51,207 bases of DNA. Origin: a virus. Taxonomy: Duplodnaviria; Caudoviricetes. Under the pieces are notes generated by a model that had not been told where the DNA came from, did not search any database, and worked only from the letters and a program-made list of their open reading frames with translations. Shown in pieces: positions 8,888 through 16,891 of the stretch. Positions within the stretch are counted from its first letter, which is position 1. Each line of letters begins with the position of its first letter. The stretch is taken from the IMG/VR virus record IMGVR_UViG_3300020407_000005, positions 1 to 51,207 of that record; one strand, given 5' to 3'. A program made the position numbers and the translations under genes.

Positions 8888-9876
8888 GATGCGGCGCCCT
8901 CGCCAGTGGCGCCCGCAGCTGCAGCATCGGCTGCGGCCACCTCGGCCATCTTGCGGTCGGTTTCCTGACCGATGGCGCCGATGCGGTCACGCTCGCCCAG
9001 GCCGATGGCGGCGCGGTCTTCCTTGGGCAGCTTGCCCCAGGCTGCCTTGAATGCCTCGAAGCCGTTGTTGTAGGCCTCCAGCTCCAGCTGCTCGATGATC
9101 TTGTCGTGGGCCGGCGTGCGGTCGGGCTTGGACGCGGCGGCAGCAGCACCGACCACGGCGGCCGGTGCGTTGCGCGGCGGCGGTGCGGTGGTGGCGCCGA
9201 TGCCCGCTGCAGCGCCTTCCTCCAGCTCGTCGGGGGTGTACACGCCCAGGATGACGTCGGGCGCATGCAGGCGGCCCCAGCGCTTGGCGGCCAGGTAGGC
9301 GATCTGCTGGCGCGGGTCGGCTGCCCAGTTCGGCGAGTTGCGCACGCTGCCCACCTGGGCCATCGTGACTTCCAGCAGCCGCGGCTTGCCCTCGCCGCGC
9401 ATCGTGGCCCACACGCGCACGCCGCGGTCTGCGCTCTTGTCGGCCTTGCCGTCGACGTTGGTCCAGGTGCCGAACCACTCGAAGTCCAGCCGGGTGGCCA
9501 GGGCCTTGCTGTTGTTCAGCACCGCGATGATGAGCTGCGCCTCGTAGCCGAGGGCGCCGTTCACCAGGTGCGTCTTCTGCGCGACGGCGTTGTGATCCAT
9601 GCCCCAGCGCATGGCCTGGCCGATGACGGCCGCGCAGTCGCCGACGTTGCCCTGCAGGTGCTTCGGGCAGGTGATGCGGCTGGAGGCCATCACCTCGGCC
9701 AGGCGCATCACCTTGTCCAGCATGTCGTCCTGCAGCAGGTCGCGCACGCTGAAAGGCTGCTGGCGCAGCAGGCGGTCGAGTTCGGACGAGGCACCGGTGG
9801 CCTCGTGTGCAGCGGCGGCGATCTCGCCGGTCTTCGGGTCAGCCTGCTGTGCGGCGGTCATGGTGGCGGTGGTCAT
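8884..9876 (-). CDS. RecT-family single-strand annealing protein
   Basis: PKHLQG..GDC.AV..QAMRWGMD...VAQKTHLVNG.LGYEAQL...PDVILGVYTPDEL; adjacent to the exonuclease. Confidence 0.82.
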   Translation of the reverse strand: MTTATMTAAQQADPKTGEIAAAAHEATGASSELDRLLRQQPFSVRDLLQDDMLDKVMRLAEVMASSRITCPKHLQGNVGDCAAVIGQAMRWGMDHNAVAQKTHLVNGALGYEAQLIIAVLNNSKALATRLDFEWFGTWTNVDGKADKSADRGVRVWATMRGEGKPRLLEVTMAQVGSVRNSPNWAADPRQQIAYLAAKRWGRLHAPDVILGVYTPDELEEGAAAGIGATTAPPPRNAPAAVVGAAAAASKPDRTPAHDKIIEQLELEAYNNGFEAFKAAWGKLPKEDRAAIGLGERDRIGAIGQETDRKMAEVAAADAAAAGATGEGAAS

Positions 9877-9923
9877 CGTGGTAGCTCCATGCCCGGAGAC
9901 TCAGCCCGGGCGTCGGTTGGGAT

Positions 9924-11093
9924 TCAGTAGGCGAGGGTGTCCAGGTCGTCGGCGACCGTGGCGGCGGCGATGGCTTCTTCGCGGGCGTGGCGGGCGTTCT
10001 GCAGTTCGTCGGCATCGCCGCTGGCATCGGCGGCCTGCCACTGCTTCAGCGCGTCCAGCATCAGCGGCGCGGCATCGCGCACGCGGCGGCAGGCGGCTTC
10101 CTCGGCCTCGCGCTTCGCGCGCGCCGCAGCTTCGGCCGCTTCACGCTCGGCCCGGGCCTTGGCCTCGGCGGCTTCACGTGCGGCACGCTCGCGGGCTTCC
10201 TGCTCTTCGCGCAGGCGGCGCAGCTCAGCGGCTTCAGCATCGAGTCGGCGCTGCTCGGCTTCGTGGGCTTCACGGGCCATGCGGTCGGCCTCGGCGCGCT
10301 CCGCAGCCGCCTTGCGGTCGGCTTCCTCGCGGGCGGCGCGGGCCTCGGCCTGCTCACGCTCGAACGCCGCGCGCTCTTCGGCCAGGCGCTGGCGCTCGGC
10401 TGCGGCTTCGGCAGCCTGACGCTCACGCTCCACACGCTCGCGCTCGGCCTGCTCGGCGCGCAGTCGGTCCAGCTCGGCACGCTCGGCCGCCGCGCGGGCC
10501 GCATCGGCTTCGCGCTGCACCGCGGCGGCATGCTGGGCGCGCAGGCTGGCCAGCACCTTCGTGCGCGAGGCCTCGGCCTGCTGCTCGAATTCCTGGAAGC
10601 TTTCGTCGATCTTCAGCGCCACCAGGGCGGTGATGCGCTGTTCGATGTCGCAGGCTTCGCCGTCGCCCACCAGGGCCATGTCGGCGATCTCGGCGACGCG
10701 CTGCTGCAAGGCCGCCACGCGGCGCTGTTCCTCGGCCGCCTTGCGCTGGCGCTCGGCTTCCTTGCGCTGCTCTTCGGCCTTGATGGCTGCATCGACCGGG
10801 CCTTCCAGCTTCTCGATCTCGCCGGTGATGCGCTTGGCCTCGTCGTTGCGAGCCTTGATGCGCGCCTGGTCGTCGGCGTTGAGCTGCAGGCGCATTTTGT
10901 CGAGCGAGGTGCGCAGGCTCACCAGTTCTTTGCGCACGGCCCGCGCGTCACGGTCACCGCTGGCGGTGCTGCAGTCCCACACCACACCGGCATACCGGCG
11001 CTGCAGGTCGGCCAGCGCCGCCGCGGTGCGGGTGTACTCGGCAATCTGGGTGGTGGTGGCCGAGTCGTCGGCCTCGATGACGGTCTGTTCCAT
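9924..11093 (-). CDS. Coiled-coil phage protein of the recombination module
   Basis: 389 aa with Ala/Glu/Arg-rich heptads, directly upstream of recT. Confidence 0.7.
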   Translation of the reverse strand: MEQTVIEADDSATTTQIAEYTRTAAALADLQRRYAGVVWDCSTASGDRDARAVRKELVSLRTSLDKMRLQLNADDQARIKARNDEAKRITGEIEKLEGPVDAAIKAEEQRKEAERQRKAAEEQRRVAALQQRVAEIADMALVGDGEACDIEQRITALVALKIDESFQEFEQQAEASRTKVLASLRAQHAAAVQREADAARAAAERAELDRLRAEQAERERVERERQAAEAAAERQRLAEERAAFEREQAEARAAREEADRKAAAERAEADRMAREAHEAEQRRLDAEAAELRRLREEQEARERAAREAAEAKARAEREAAEAAARAKREAEEAACRRVRDAAPLMLDALKQWQAADASGDADELQNARHAREEAIAAATVADDLDTLAY

Positions 11094-11096
11094 AGG

Positions 11097-11360
11097 TCAG
11101 TCCTTGGTGATGGAGTTGTTCTCTGCCGCCCGCTGCGCAGCGAAGCGCTCGGCCTGCCGGCGCGCGCGCTCGTCCCACTGCTCGGGCGTCAACATCGCGT
11201 AGCCCTTGCGGTTGCCCAGGCGCGGGTGGCACAGCTCGGTGATCTGCTCCAGCAGCTCGCCGAAGCACAGCTGCTGCGTCTCGCGGCCGTACTCGTCGAT
11301 GACGTTGAAGCTGTGGCCGCCGAACTCATTGGTGCCGGCCTCGATGACAAAGCGCCGCAT
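11097..11360 (-). CDS. Phage hypothetical protein
   Basis: ORF in the operon (MRRFVIEAG...). Confidence 0.55.
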   Translation of the reverse strand: MRRFVIEAGTNEFGGHSFNVIDEYGRETQQLCFGELLEQITELCHPRLGNRKGYAMLTPEQWDERARRQAERFAAQRAAENNSITKD

Positions 11361-11665
11361 CACCACCCCCACCGAAACGTGTCGCGCCAGGCGCTGCGCA
11401 CGGCATCCGCGGCCAGCCGCAAGAACGACGGCCGGAGGTAGATCTCGACCGCAGCGGCGCGCTCATCGGCAAAGGCTTCGCTGGTGGACCGTGGATAGCG
11501 CCGCGTCGTCGGGCAGCCGTAGCGCTCGGCGATGTGCCGATCGACGTCGGCTTCGGTGAGCGCGCCGATGCCGCAGTCGCACGGGCCGCGGCCCTGGCTG
11601 CAGGTGCCGCCGCAGGCGGGGAGGGTGGCCACGCGGTGCGTGGACAGGGTGTAGACGGTTCCCAT
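11360..11665 (-). CDS. Phage hypothetical protein with a CxxxCxQGRxxCxC motif
   Basis: CGGTCSQGRGPCDC; GGAG RBS. Confidence 0.55.
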   Translation of the reverse strand: MGTVYTLSTHRVATLPACGGTCSQGRGPCDCGIGALTEADVDRHIAERYGCPTTRRYPRSTSEAFADERAAAVEIYLRPSFLRLAADAVRSAWRDTFRWGW

Positions 11666-11943
11666 GTCAGGCTCCAAACCACGGGCCGGGCCTGGCAGCC
11701 GAGCCCGCGATGGTTGCGAGGAAGACGAACAGGCCAAGGGCGGCCTGCCCGCGGCGCTGCCACACGAAGCGGCCGACGGCGACCAGCGCCACCAGCAGCA
11801 ATTCCAGGAAGAGGGCCACCTTCACAGCGACCACCACACGCCCGCGAGGGCAAGGGCAACGGCCGCCAGGGCCTGGGCCACGGTCAGCGCGATGTCGCGC
11901 ACGCGGCGGTGATGGGCCATGAAGCGCAGGTCTTGGTCGGTGG

Positions 11944-12414
11944 TCATGCCTTAAACCGCGCCCGCTGCGCGTCCTCGTAGGCCTTCTCCAGCGTCGGCAG
12001 CATCTCCGCATGCCGGCGCTTCGCTTCGTCCAGCGCGATGTCGGCGTTGTGCGCCTTGATGCGCTCGCGCAGCACCACCACGGCCGGCAGCACCTGGTCG
12101 TTCGTGCCGCCGCCCACGATGGCCAGCAGCGTGTCGAAGGACTGCGCGGCCATGTCGGTGATGCCGTCGAGCTTCACCGCGTCAGTGGTGTCGGTGCACA
12201 GCTTGCTGATGGTCCAGGCCACCAGGTCGGGCGTGCGCAGCTGCTCGTCGGCCACGTCCTCGGCCAGCTGCTCGACGGTGGGCACCGAGGCCTCGATGTC
12301 GTCGGCGTCGTTGCGCGGGTCGTTCGGGTTCATGGTCGGCGCCGCGTGCAGGTCAGCGTCGAAGCAGTGCGGGCCGCGCCAGGCCAGCATGGCGCTGGTG
12401 AGGATGGCGCTCAT
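11944..12414 (-). CDS. Phage hypothetical protein
   Basis: 156-aa ORF with start/stop overlaps on both sides. Confidence 0.65.
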   Translation of the reverse strand: MSAILTSAMLAWRGPHCFDADLHAAPTMNPNDPRNDADDIEASVPTVEQLAEDVADEQLRTPDLVAWTISKLCTDTTDAVKLDGITDMAAQSFDTLLAIVGGGTNDQVLPAVVVLRERIKAHNADIALDEAKRRHAEMLPTLEKAYEDAQRARFKA

Positions 12415-12605
12415 TGCAGCCGCTCCAGGCCGTTGTGGGGCACGAAGCGGTAGCGGCGCTGCTCGTTCTTGCCCAGGCCAACCAGGATGTACGCGTCAGG
12501 CTTGTAGTCGCCCGGCGTGGCTTCCTTGGCCGCCACGCGCAGGCTGAGGAAGCCCACGCGCACGGTCTCGCCGATCTCCCATGTCTGCTTGCTGTTGCTG
12601 ATCAC
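12411..12605 (-). CDS. First gene of the leftward early operon, hypothetical
   Basis: GGAGAG RBS downstream of the PL-like promoter. Confidence 0.65.
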   Translation of the reverse strand: MISNSKQTWEIGETVRVGFLSLRVAAKEATPGDYKPDAYILVGLGKNEQRRYRFVPHNGLERLQ

Positions 12606-12637
12606 AGTGCTCTCTCCATCGGGGTGTCGATGTCGAG

Positions 12638-12677
12638 AGGTTAAGCGCGCCGCTTCTACAAGTCAAGCGCGCCGCTT
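12638..12677 (-). promoter_or_regulatory. PL-like promoter with two operators (OL)
   Basis: Minus strand TTGACT-17 nt-TAACCT; AAGCGCGCCGCTT at 12643-12655 and 12665-12677. Confidence 0.85.
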
Positions 12678-12730
12678 ATGACTTGGGCAAAAAATATCCG
12701 CCCGCAGGCGGATGGGCTGCAGCGTGTCCG

Positions 12731-13030
12731 CTACAGCAGCGTGCGAATTTCCGGCGCTCCGGCGGCGCTGAACATGCAGCAGAGCAGGGCGGCCCAGAAG
12801 AACGCCGAAGGCCCCAGGGCCGGCTGCGTGCCCCGCCAGCGTTGCACCGCGTTGGCGAAGGCCATGATGCCCAGCACCAGCAGCGCCAGCGCAACAGCCT
12901 TCACCGAGTGAAACACCAGCAGTTCAGCCCAGTGCACGCGGTCGGTGGCGTCGCCGCGCATGCCGGCGGCCGAGGTGATGGCGGCAAAGAAGACCAGAAC
13001 GGCCGCGGTGTGGATGGCACGCAGCGTCAT
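12731..13030 (-). CDS. Small multi-pass membrane protein downstream of the repressor
   Basis: Three hydrophobic segments in 99 aa; lysogeny-expressed position. Confidence 0.5.
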   Translation of the reverse strand: MTLRAIHTAAVLVFFAAITSAAGMRGDATDRVHWAELLVFHSVKAVALALLVLGIMAFANAVQRWRGTQPALGPSAFFWAALLCCMFSAAGAPEIRTLL

Positions 13031-13180
13031 GACTTCAGGCTCTGGTGCGGGCGGGCGGCGCCTGCCGCGTGCCGCAGTCGTTGCACCGCCCGTGCTCGGT
13101 TAGGCACCACGAGAACCACATGCACCCCCTAGAAGCTTGGTGAAAAGTGGCGTTGTGGGGTTTGTGCGTCACAAGTAACC

Positions 13181-13675
13181 TCAAGTTGGGCCACCTGTTG
13201 CCGACGCGCGACTGCCTTTTTCTGTAGACCGCCGCTGCGCTGCCAGCGCCTGGTACTGCTCGACCAGCCCGCGCAGCCGGCCCTGGATCTCAAGGATGTC
13301 GTTGTGGGACAACCCCTCAAACGCCTCTGGGCCCAAGTCGGGGAAGGGCCATCCCGGTAGCTGGTTGATCCGCCGCAGCGGGATAGGCGCCGCTGGTGCC
13401 GGTGAAAAACCTCCCAGCACCGCCTGCATCGGCTCCGCCAGCTCGCGCGGGCTGTCCATCCAGCCGGCGGGCTTGCCCATGCACGCCTCCAGCTTGCGCG
13501 CCATGCGGCTGCCCATCTCGCGCTCGCGGCCCGTCTTGGTGTCCCGCGCGCGGTTGCGGATCTGGCTGAGGTAGACGGCATTTGTGTTGGCCAAGTCGGC
13601 CAGCCGCTCGGCCGAGCCAACCTCGTTGATCAGGATCTCCAGCGCTTGGCGGCGGTATTCGGCAGTGGTGCTCAC
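13181..13675 (-). CDS. CI-like prophage repressor (HTH, no S24 peptidase domain)
   Basis: RRQALEILINEVGSAERLADLANTNAVYLSQI...MARKLEACMGKPAGWMD; divergent from cro with operators between. Confidence 0.8.
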   Translation of the reverse strand: MSTTAEYRRQALEILINEVGSAERLADLANTNAVYLSQIRNRARDTKTGREREMGSRMARKLEACMGKPAGWMDSPRELAEPMQAVLGGFSPAPAAPIPLRRINQLPGWPFPDLGPEAFEGLSHNDILEIQGRLRGLVEQYQALAAQRRSTEKGSRASATGGPT

Positions 13676-13711
13676 CCGTGCATTGCAACCAGCGCGCTTA
13701 AACGACGCCAC

Positions 13712-13757
13712 AAGCGTCACGCTTGCCATAGCAAAGCGACGCGCTTAAGATAAGCGC
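13712..13757 (+). promoter_or_regulatory. PR-like promoter with two operators (OR)
   Basis: TTGCCA-17 nt-TAAGAT; AAGCGTCACGCTT at 13712-13724 and AAGCGACGCGCTT at 13734-13746. Confidence 0.85.
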
Positions 13758-14051
13758 ATGGACCTGCACACATACGCATCAGAGCGCGGACGCCTGAGCG
13801 CCCTCGCACAAGAGATCGGCGCGCAGCCGCAACTCGTTTGGCAGTGGGCGAATGCCGTGCGGCGTGTGCCGCAAGAGCGGTGCCCGCTGATCGAGCGTGC
13901 GACCGGCGGACAGGTGACCTGCATGGACCTGCGCCCAGACGTTGCCTGGCACCGCATCCCGTGTGCGGATTGGCCGTGGCATCCCGAAGGTAAGCCGCTG
14001 ATCGACCCGACGGCGGCCGTCCCCACCGCTGAAGCGCAGCAGGCGGCCTGA
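13758..14051 (+). CDS. Cro/YdaS-like HTH regulator
   Basis: LAQEIGAQPQLVWQWA...VPQERCPLIERATGGQVTCMDLRPDV. Confidence 0.88.
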   Translation: MDLHTYASERGRLSALAQEIGAQPQLVWQWANAVRRVPQERCPLIERATGGQVTCMDLRPDVAWHRIPCADWPWHPEGKPLIDPTAAVPTAEAQQAA

Positions 14052-14128
14052 CATGGACAACTGTGCGCGTTGCCGCTTCGCCGCCCTGTACGCCGACGTC
14101 GGGCTGATCGACACCTCACGTCGCGGTG

Positions 14129-14368
14129 CTACCCCACAAGAAAGCGGCGCATGTGCGTCGCTTGCTCCTCCAGGTACTCGAGGTACTTGTCTTTGCGACC
14201 GTCCTTCTTCGCCTGTGGGTACATGGACAGGACTGCTTCGTCGAACTCGTTCAGCGCTGCGCTCTTGTTTGGCAGGTGCTGCGCAACGACTGCGATCGCT
14301 AGTCGCTGCACTTCGAGATGCGCGTCGATCCGGTCGAAGCGAGAAATGAACTCGTCGGCGTTTTCCAT
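14129..14368 (-). CDS. Antisense-oriented accessory hypothetical protein
   Basis: MENADEFISRFD..., GGAGGG RBS, lower GC than the flanks. Confidence 0.55.
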   Translation of the reverse strand: MENADEFISRFDRIDAHLEVQRLAIAVVAQHLPNKSAALNEFDEAVLSMYPQAKKDGRKDKYLEYLEEQATHMRRFLVG

Positions 14369-14561
14369 GGGTGCCCTCCGTGGGCTGGTGGCTGTAGGGG
14401 CGACCAGCGTAGCCGCGGCAGGGCACCCGCCCATCCCCACGCGGGCGGCAACTTTTCACCGGGGGGCCTGACATGGGCGCCCTCCTGTTCCTCATGGTGG
14501 TGTTCTGGCCCGTCATCGAGCTGGCCTTCCTGGCCGGCCTGGTGCCGTCGCGGGGTGCGCG

Positions 14562-14783
14562 ATGACCGGCGCCCTTGACGCTCAGATCCTGGCCGCCGTG
14601 CGCCACACGCCCGTGAGCGCCCAGCGCCTGGCCAGCACCCTGGCCGACCACATCCAGCCCGTCGCCCGCGCAGCCGGCGCCCGGCCCACCGATGTCCTCG
14701 CGCAGCACCTGCTCCAGCTCAACGACGCCGGCCGCATCCGCTACCTCGCCAAGGCCGAGGGGTGGGTGCAGGTGCGCGGCTGA
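14562..14783 (+). CDS. Small winged-helix-like hypothetical protein
   Basis: LQLNDAGRIRY...GW C-terminal pattern. Confidence 0.5.
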   Translation: MTGALDAQILAAVRHTPVSAQRLASTLADHIQPVARAAGARPTDVLAQHLLQLNDAGRIRYLAKAEGWVQVRG

Positions 14784-14813
14784 TCCACCGACCCCCACGA
14801 AAGGCCCATCGCC

Positions 14814-15110
14814 ATGCAGCAGCAACGCAAGTCCTTCCGCCAACACGTGGCCAACATGCTGGCCACCACCATGCAGCGCGCACCCACCGTGCCGCTGCAC
14901 CAGCCGGAGCGCGGCGCCACCGAGTCGCTGGCCGACTACCACCAGCGCCGCCGCGACAGCCAGGCCGCCGTGAAGGCGCTGCAGAACCTGGGGCCGTCGG
15001 CGCCCGCGAGCCGCGAGCGCATCCAGCGCCGTCGCATGGTCCGGGCCTATGGCCGCAGATACCTGCGACGGAACTACATCCGGGTGCTGCAGGCGGCCTC
15101 GCCGTTCTGA
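14814..15110 (+). CDS. Phage hypothetical protein
   Basis: 98-aa ORF with GAAAGG RBS. Confidence 0.55.
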   Translation: MQQQRKSFRQHVANMLATTMQRAPTVPLHQPERGATESLADYHQRRRDSQAAVKALQNLGPSAPASRERIQRRRMVRAYGRRYLRRNYIRVLQAASPF

Positions 15111-15124
15111 CCCATGAATGTCTC

Positions 15125-15426
15125 CGGCGCGCGCACCCAAACCGCGGATCTCCTCCCCGCGGCCGCGCGCCTTCGCCTGGGGCTCCGGCCCCGGGCCTTT
15201 TCTCAAGACGGCTCGCTGCGGATGCGCATGGCAGATGCGCGCAGCGTGCTGCGCCCCGGGCATTGGGCGACCAAGGACACCCCCGTACAGGGTGACGAAT
15301 CTGCCGGTACCCGGGGCGCGGCGGATACGCGCACCAACAACCGCTTCCTGATGAGTCTGCTCGCAATGCCCGCTTCGGCGGGGGCCTCCGCTGTTGTGGG
15401 TGGTGTGGGTCGGGCTCATCAGGAAG
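15125..15426 (+). ncRNA. Candidate structured non-coding RNA block
   Basis: Long closing stems (15248/15322 and 15344/15426) enclosing GCGA- and UUCG-capped hairpins. Confidence 0.45.
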
Positions 15427-15530
15427 GGCTGTCTCTGCTGGTTCACGGTCCCTTCAGCTTCGCCCCTGTGCGACCGGTGCATCAACCGGTTCGGCCATGG
15501 GATTTTTCAATCTGCTCCCCGGAGGCCCCC

Positions 15531-15884
15531 GTGGAACAAGCGTTCCTGCCGCTGCTGGGACGGATCGACGCACCAGCTGTCGTTCCGCCCGACCTGTTCA
15601 AGACCATCCGCACCTATCGCGCTGCCGTCCGCCTGTGCTGGGCGCTGCGTCGCGCCAAGGGCCTGCGCCCCATCGACCTGGGCCGCGACTTCGGCTTCAC
15701 GCGCCAGCACGTGACCGACTACCTGCACGACGACGACGCGCCAACCCGCCGCAGCCTGCCTGCCGAGCGCATCGCCGAGTTTGAAGACATCTGCGGCAAC
15801 ACCGCCATCACGCAGTGGCTCGCCCAGCGCGCGCAGCTGACGGTGCTGGAAGAGATGCAGGCTGCAAGGCGGGCTGCAGCATGA
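15531..15884 (+). CDS. XRE/CII-like HTH regulator
   Basis: GTG start with GGAGG RBS; LGRDFGFTRQHVTDYL HTH; GNTAITQWLA. Confidence 0.65.
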   Translation: MEQAFLPLLGRIDAPAVVPPDLFKTIRTYRAAVRLCWALRRAKGLRPIDLGRDFGFTRQHVTDYLHDDDAPTRRSLPAERIAEFEDICGNTAITQWLAQRAQLTVLEEMQAARRAAA

Positions 15885-16666
15885 GGACGCCGCAATTCAT
15901 CCTGCCCCTGGCCGACGAGCTGGTGGTTGACTTGTTCGCTGGTGGCGGCGGCGCCAGCACTGGCATCGAGGCCGCAATCGGCCGACACGTGGACATCGCC
16001 GTCAACCACGACCCGGAGGCCGTCAGCCTGCACCAGGTCAACCACCCGCAGACCGAGCACCACGTCAGCAATGTGTGGGAGGTGGACCCGCGCACCGTGT
16101 GCCGCGGCCGGCCGATCGGCCTGCTGTGGGCCAGCCCGGACTGCACTTTCCACAGCAAGGCCCGCGGCGGCAAACCGCACCGAGACCGCAACAAGGCGCG
16201 CCGGCGCCGCGGCCTGGCCAGCGTGGTGGTCAAGTGGGTGCGGCTGCTGAAGCCCACCGACCAGCACCCGCGCGTGATCCACCTTGAGAACGTCGAAGAG
16301 TTTCAGTTCTGGGGGCCTCTGCTGCCCGATGGCACGCCCTGCCCCGAGCGGCGCGGCACCAGCTTCCAGCGCTGGGTGGCGCAGCTGCGCAACCTGGGCT
16401 ACCAGGTCGAGAACCCCGCCGAAGGGCCGGCCGAGGCTTCGTATGAGGCCTATCTCTGCCGCGGCCTGCTGCAGCTGCTGACGTGCGACACCGTGGCGCT
16501 GTTGCCGGGCTGGGAGCGCTCGCGCGGCGCCCGTATCGAGCACCAGGTGGCACGGGCGCTGGGCATGCGCATCGAGACGCTCAGCGGGGTTGTGCCGCAG
16601 CCCGTGTGCGCACCGGTGGTCTTGGCCCCCGCATCTCGGCTCTTCATGTCGTCGACAGCGGCCTGA
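15881..16666 (+). pseudogene. Chimeric truncated C5 cytosine methyltransferase fused to a DUF4406-like C-terminus
   Basis: DLFAGGGG (motif I), ASPDC (IV), LENVEEF (VI), then NPAE...LLTCDTVALLPGWERSRGARIEHQVA; motifs VIII-X and the TRD are absent. Confidence 0.7.
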
Positions 16667-16690
16667 GCATCGGCGTAGAGGAGACGTGCC

Positions 16691-16891
16691 GTGATCGATC
16701 TGGATGCCATCAAGGCCTCGGGCCTGAATAGCGATGCGGTGTCGGTGCGCATGCTGGCCGATCACGAGTATCGGCAGCGCATCGAGCTGCTGGCGGCCAT
16801 GGTGCAGGAGCACCGGCGCTGCCACCCCGAGGCGACCGACAAAGACATTGAGCAGTACCGCCTGCGGGCTGCTGTGGAGGTAGGGCTTTGA
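16691..16891 (+). CDS. Phage hypothetical protein
   Basis: GAGGAG RBS, coupled to the replication gene. Confidence 0.55.
   Translation: MIDLDAIKASGLNSDAVSVRMLADHEYRQRIELLAAMVQEHRRCHPEATDKDIEQYRLRAAVEVGL

Noticed and set aside
9924-11093. TolA or tape-measure protein
   Set aside because: The resemblance is only low-complexity Ala/Glu/Arg coiled coil; there is no TM anchor and it lies in the recombination operon
15348-15426. Hammerhead ribozyme suggested by CTGATGAG
   Set aside because: The motif is fully paired with CTCATCAG and there is no GAAA core in the right position
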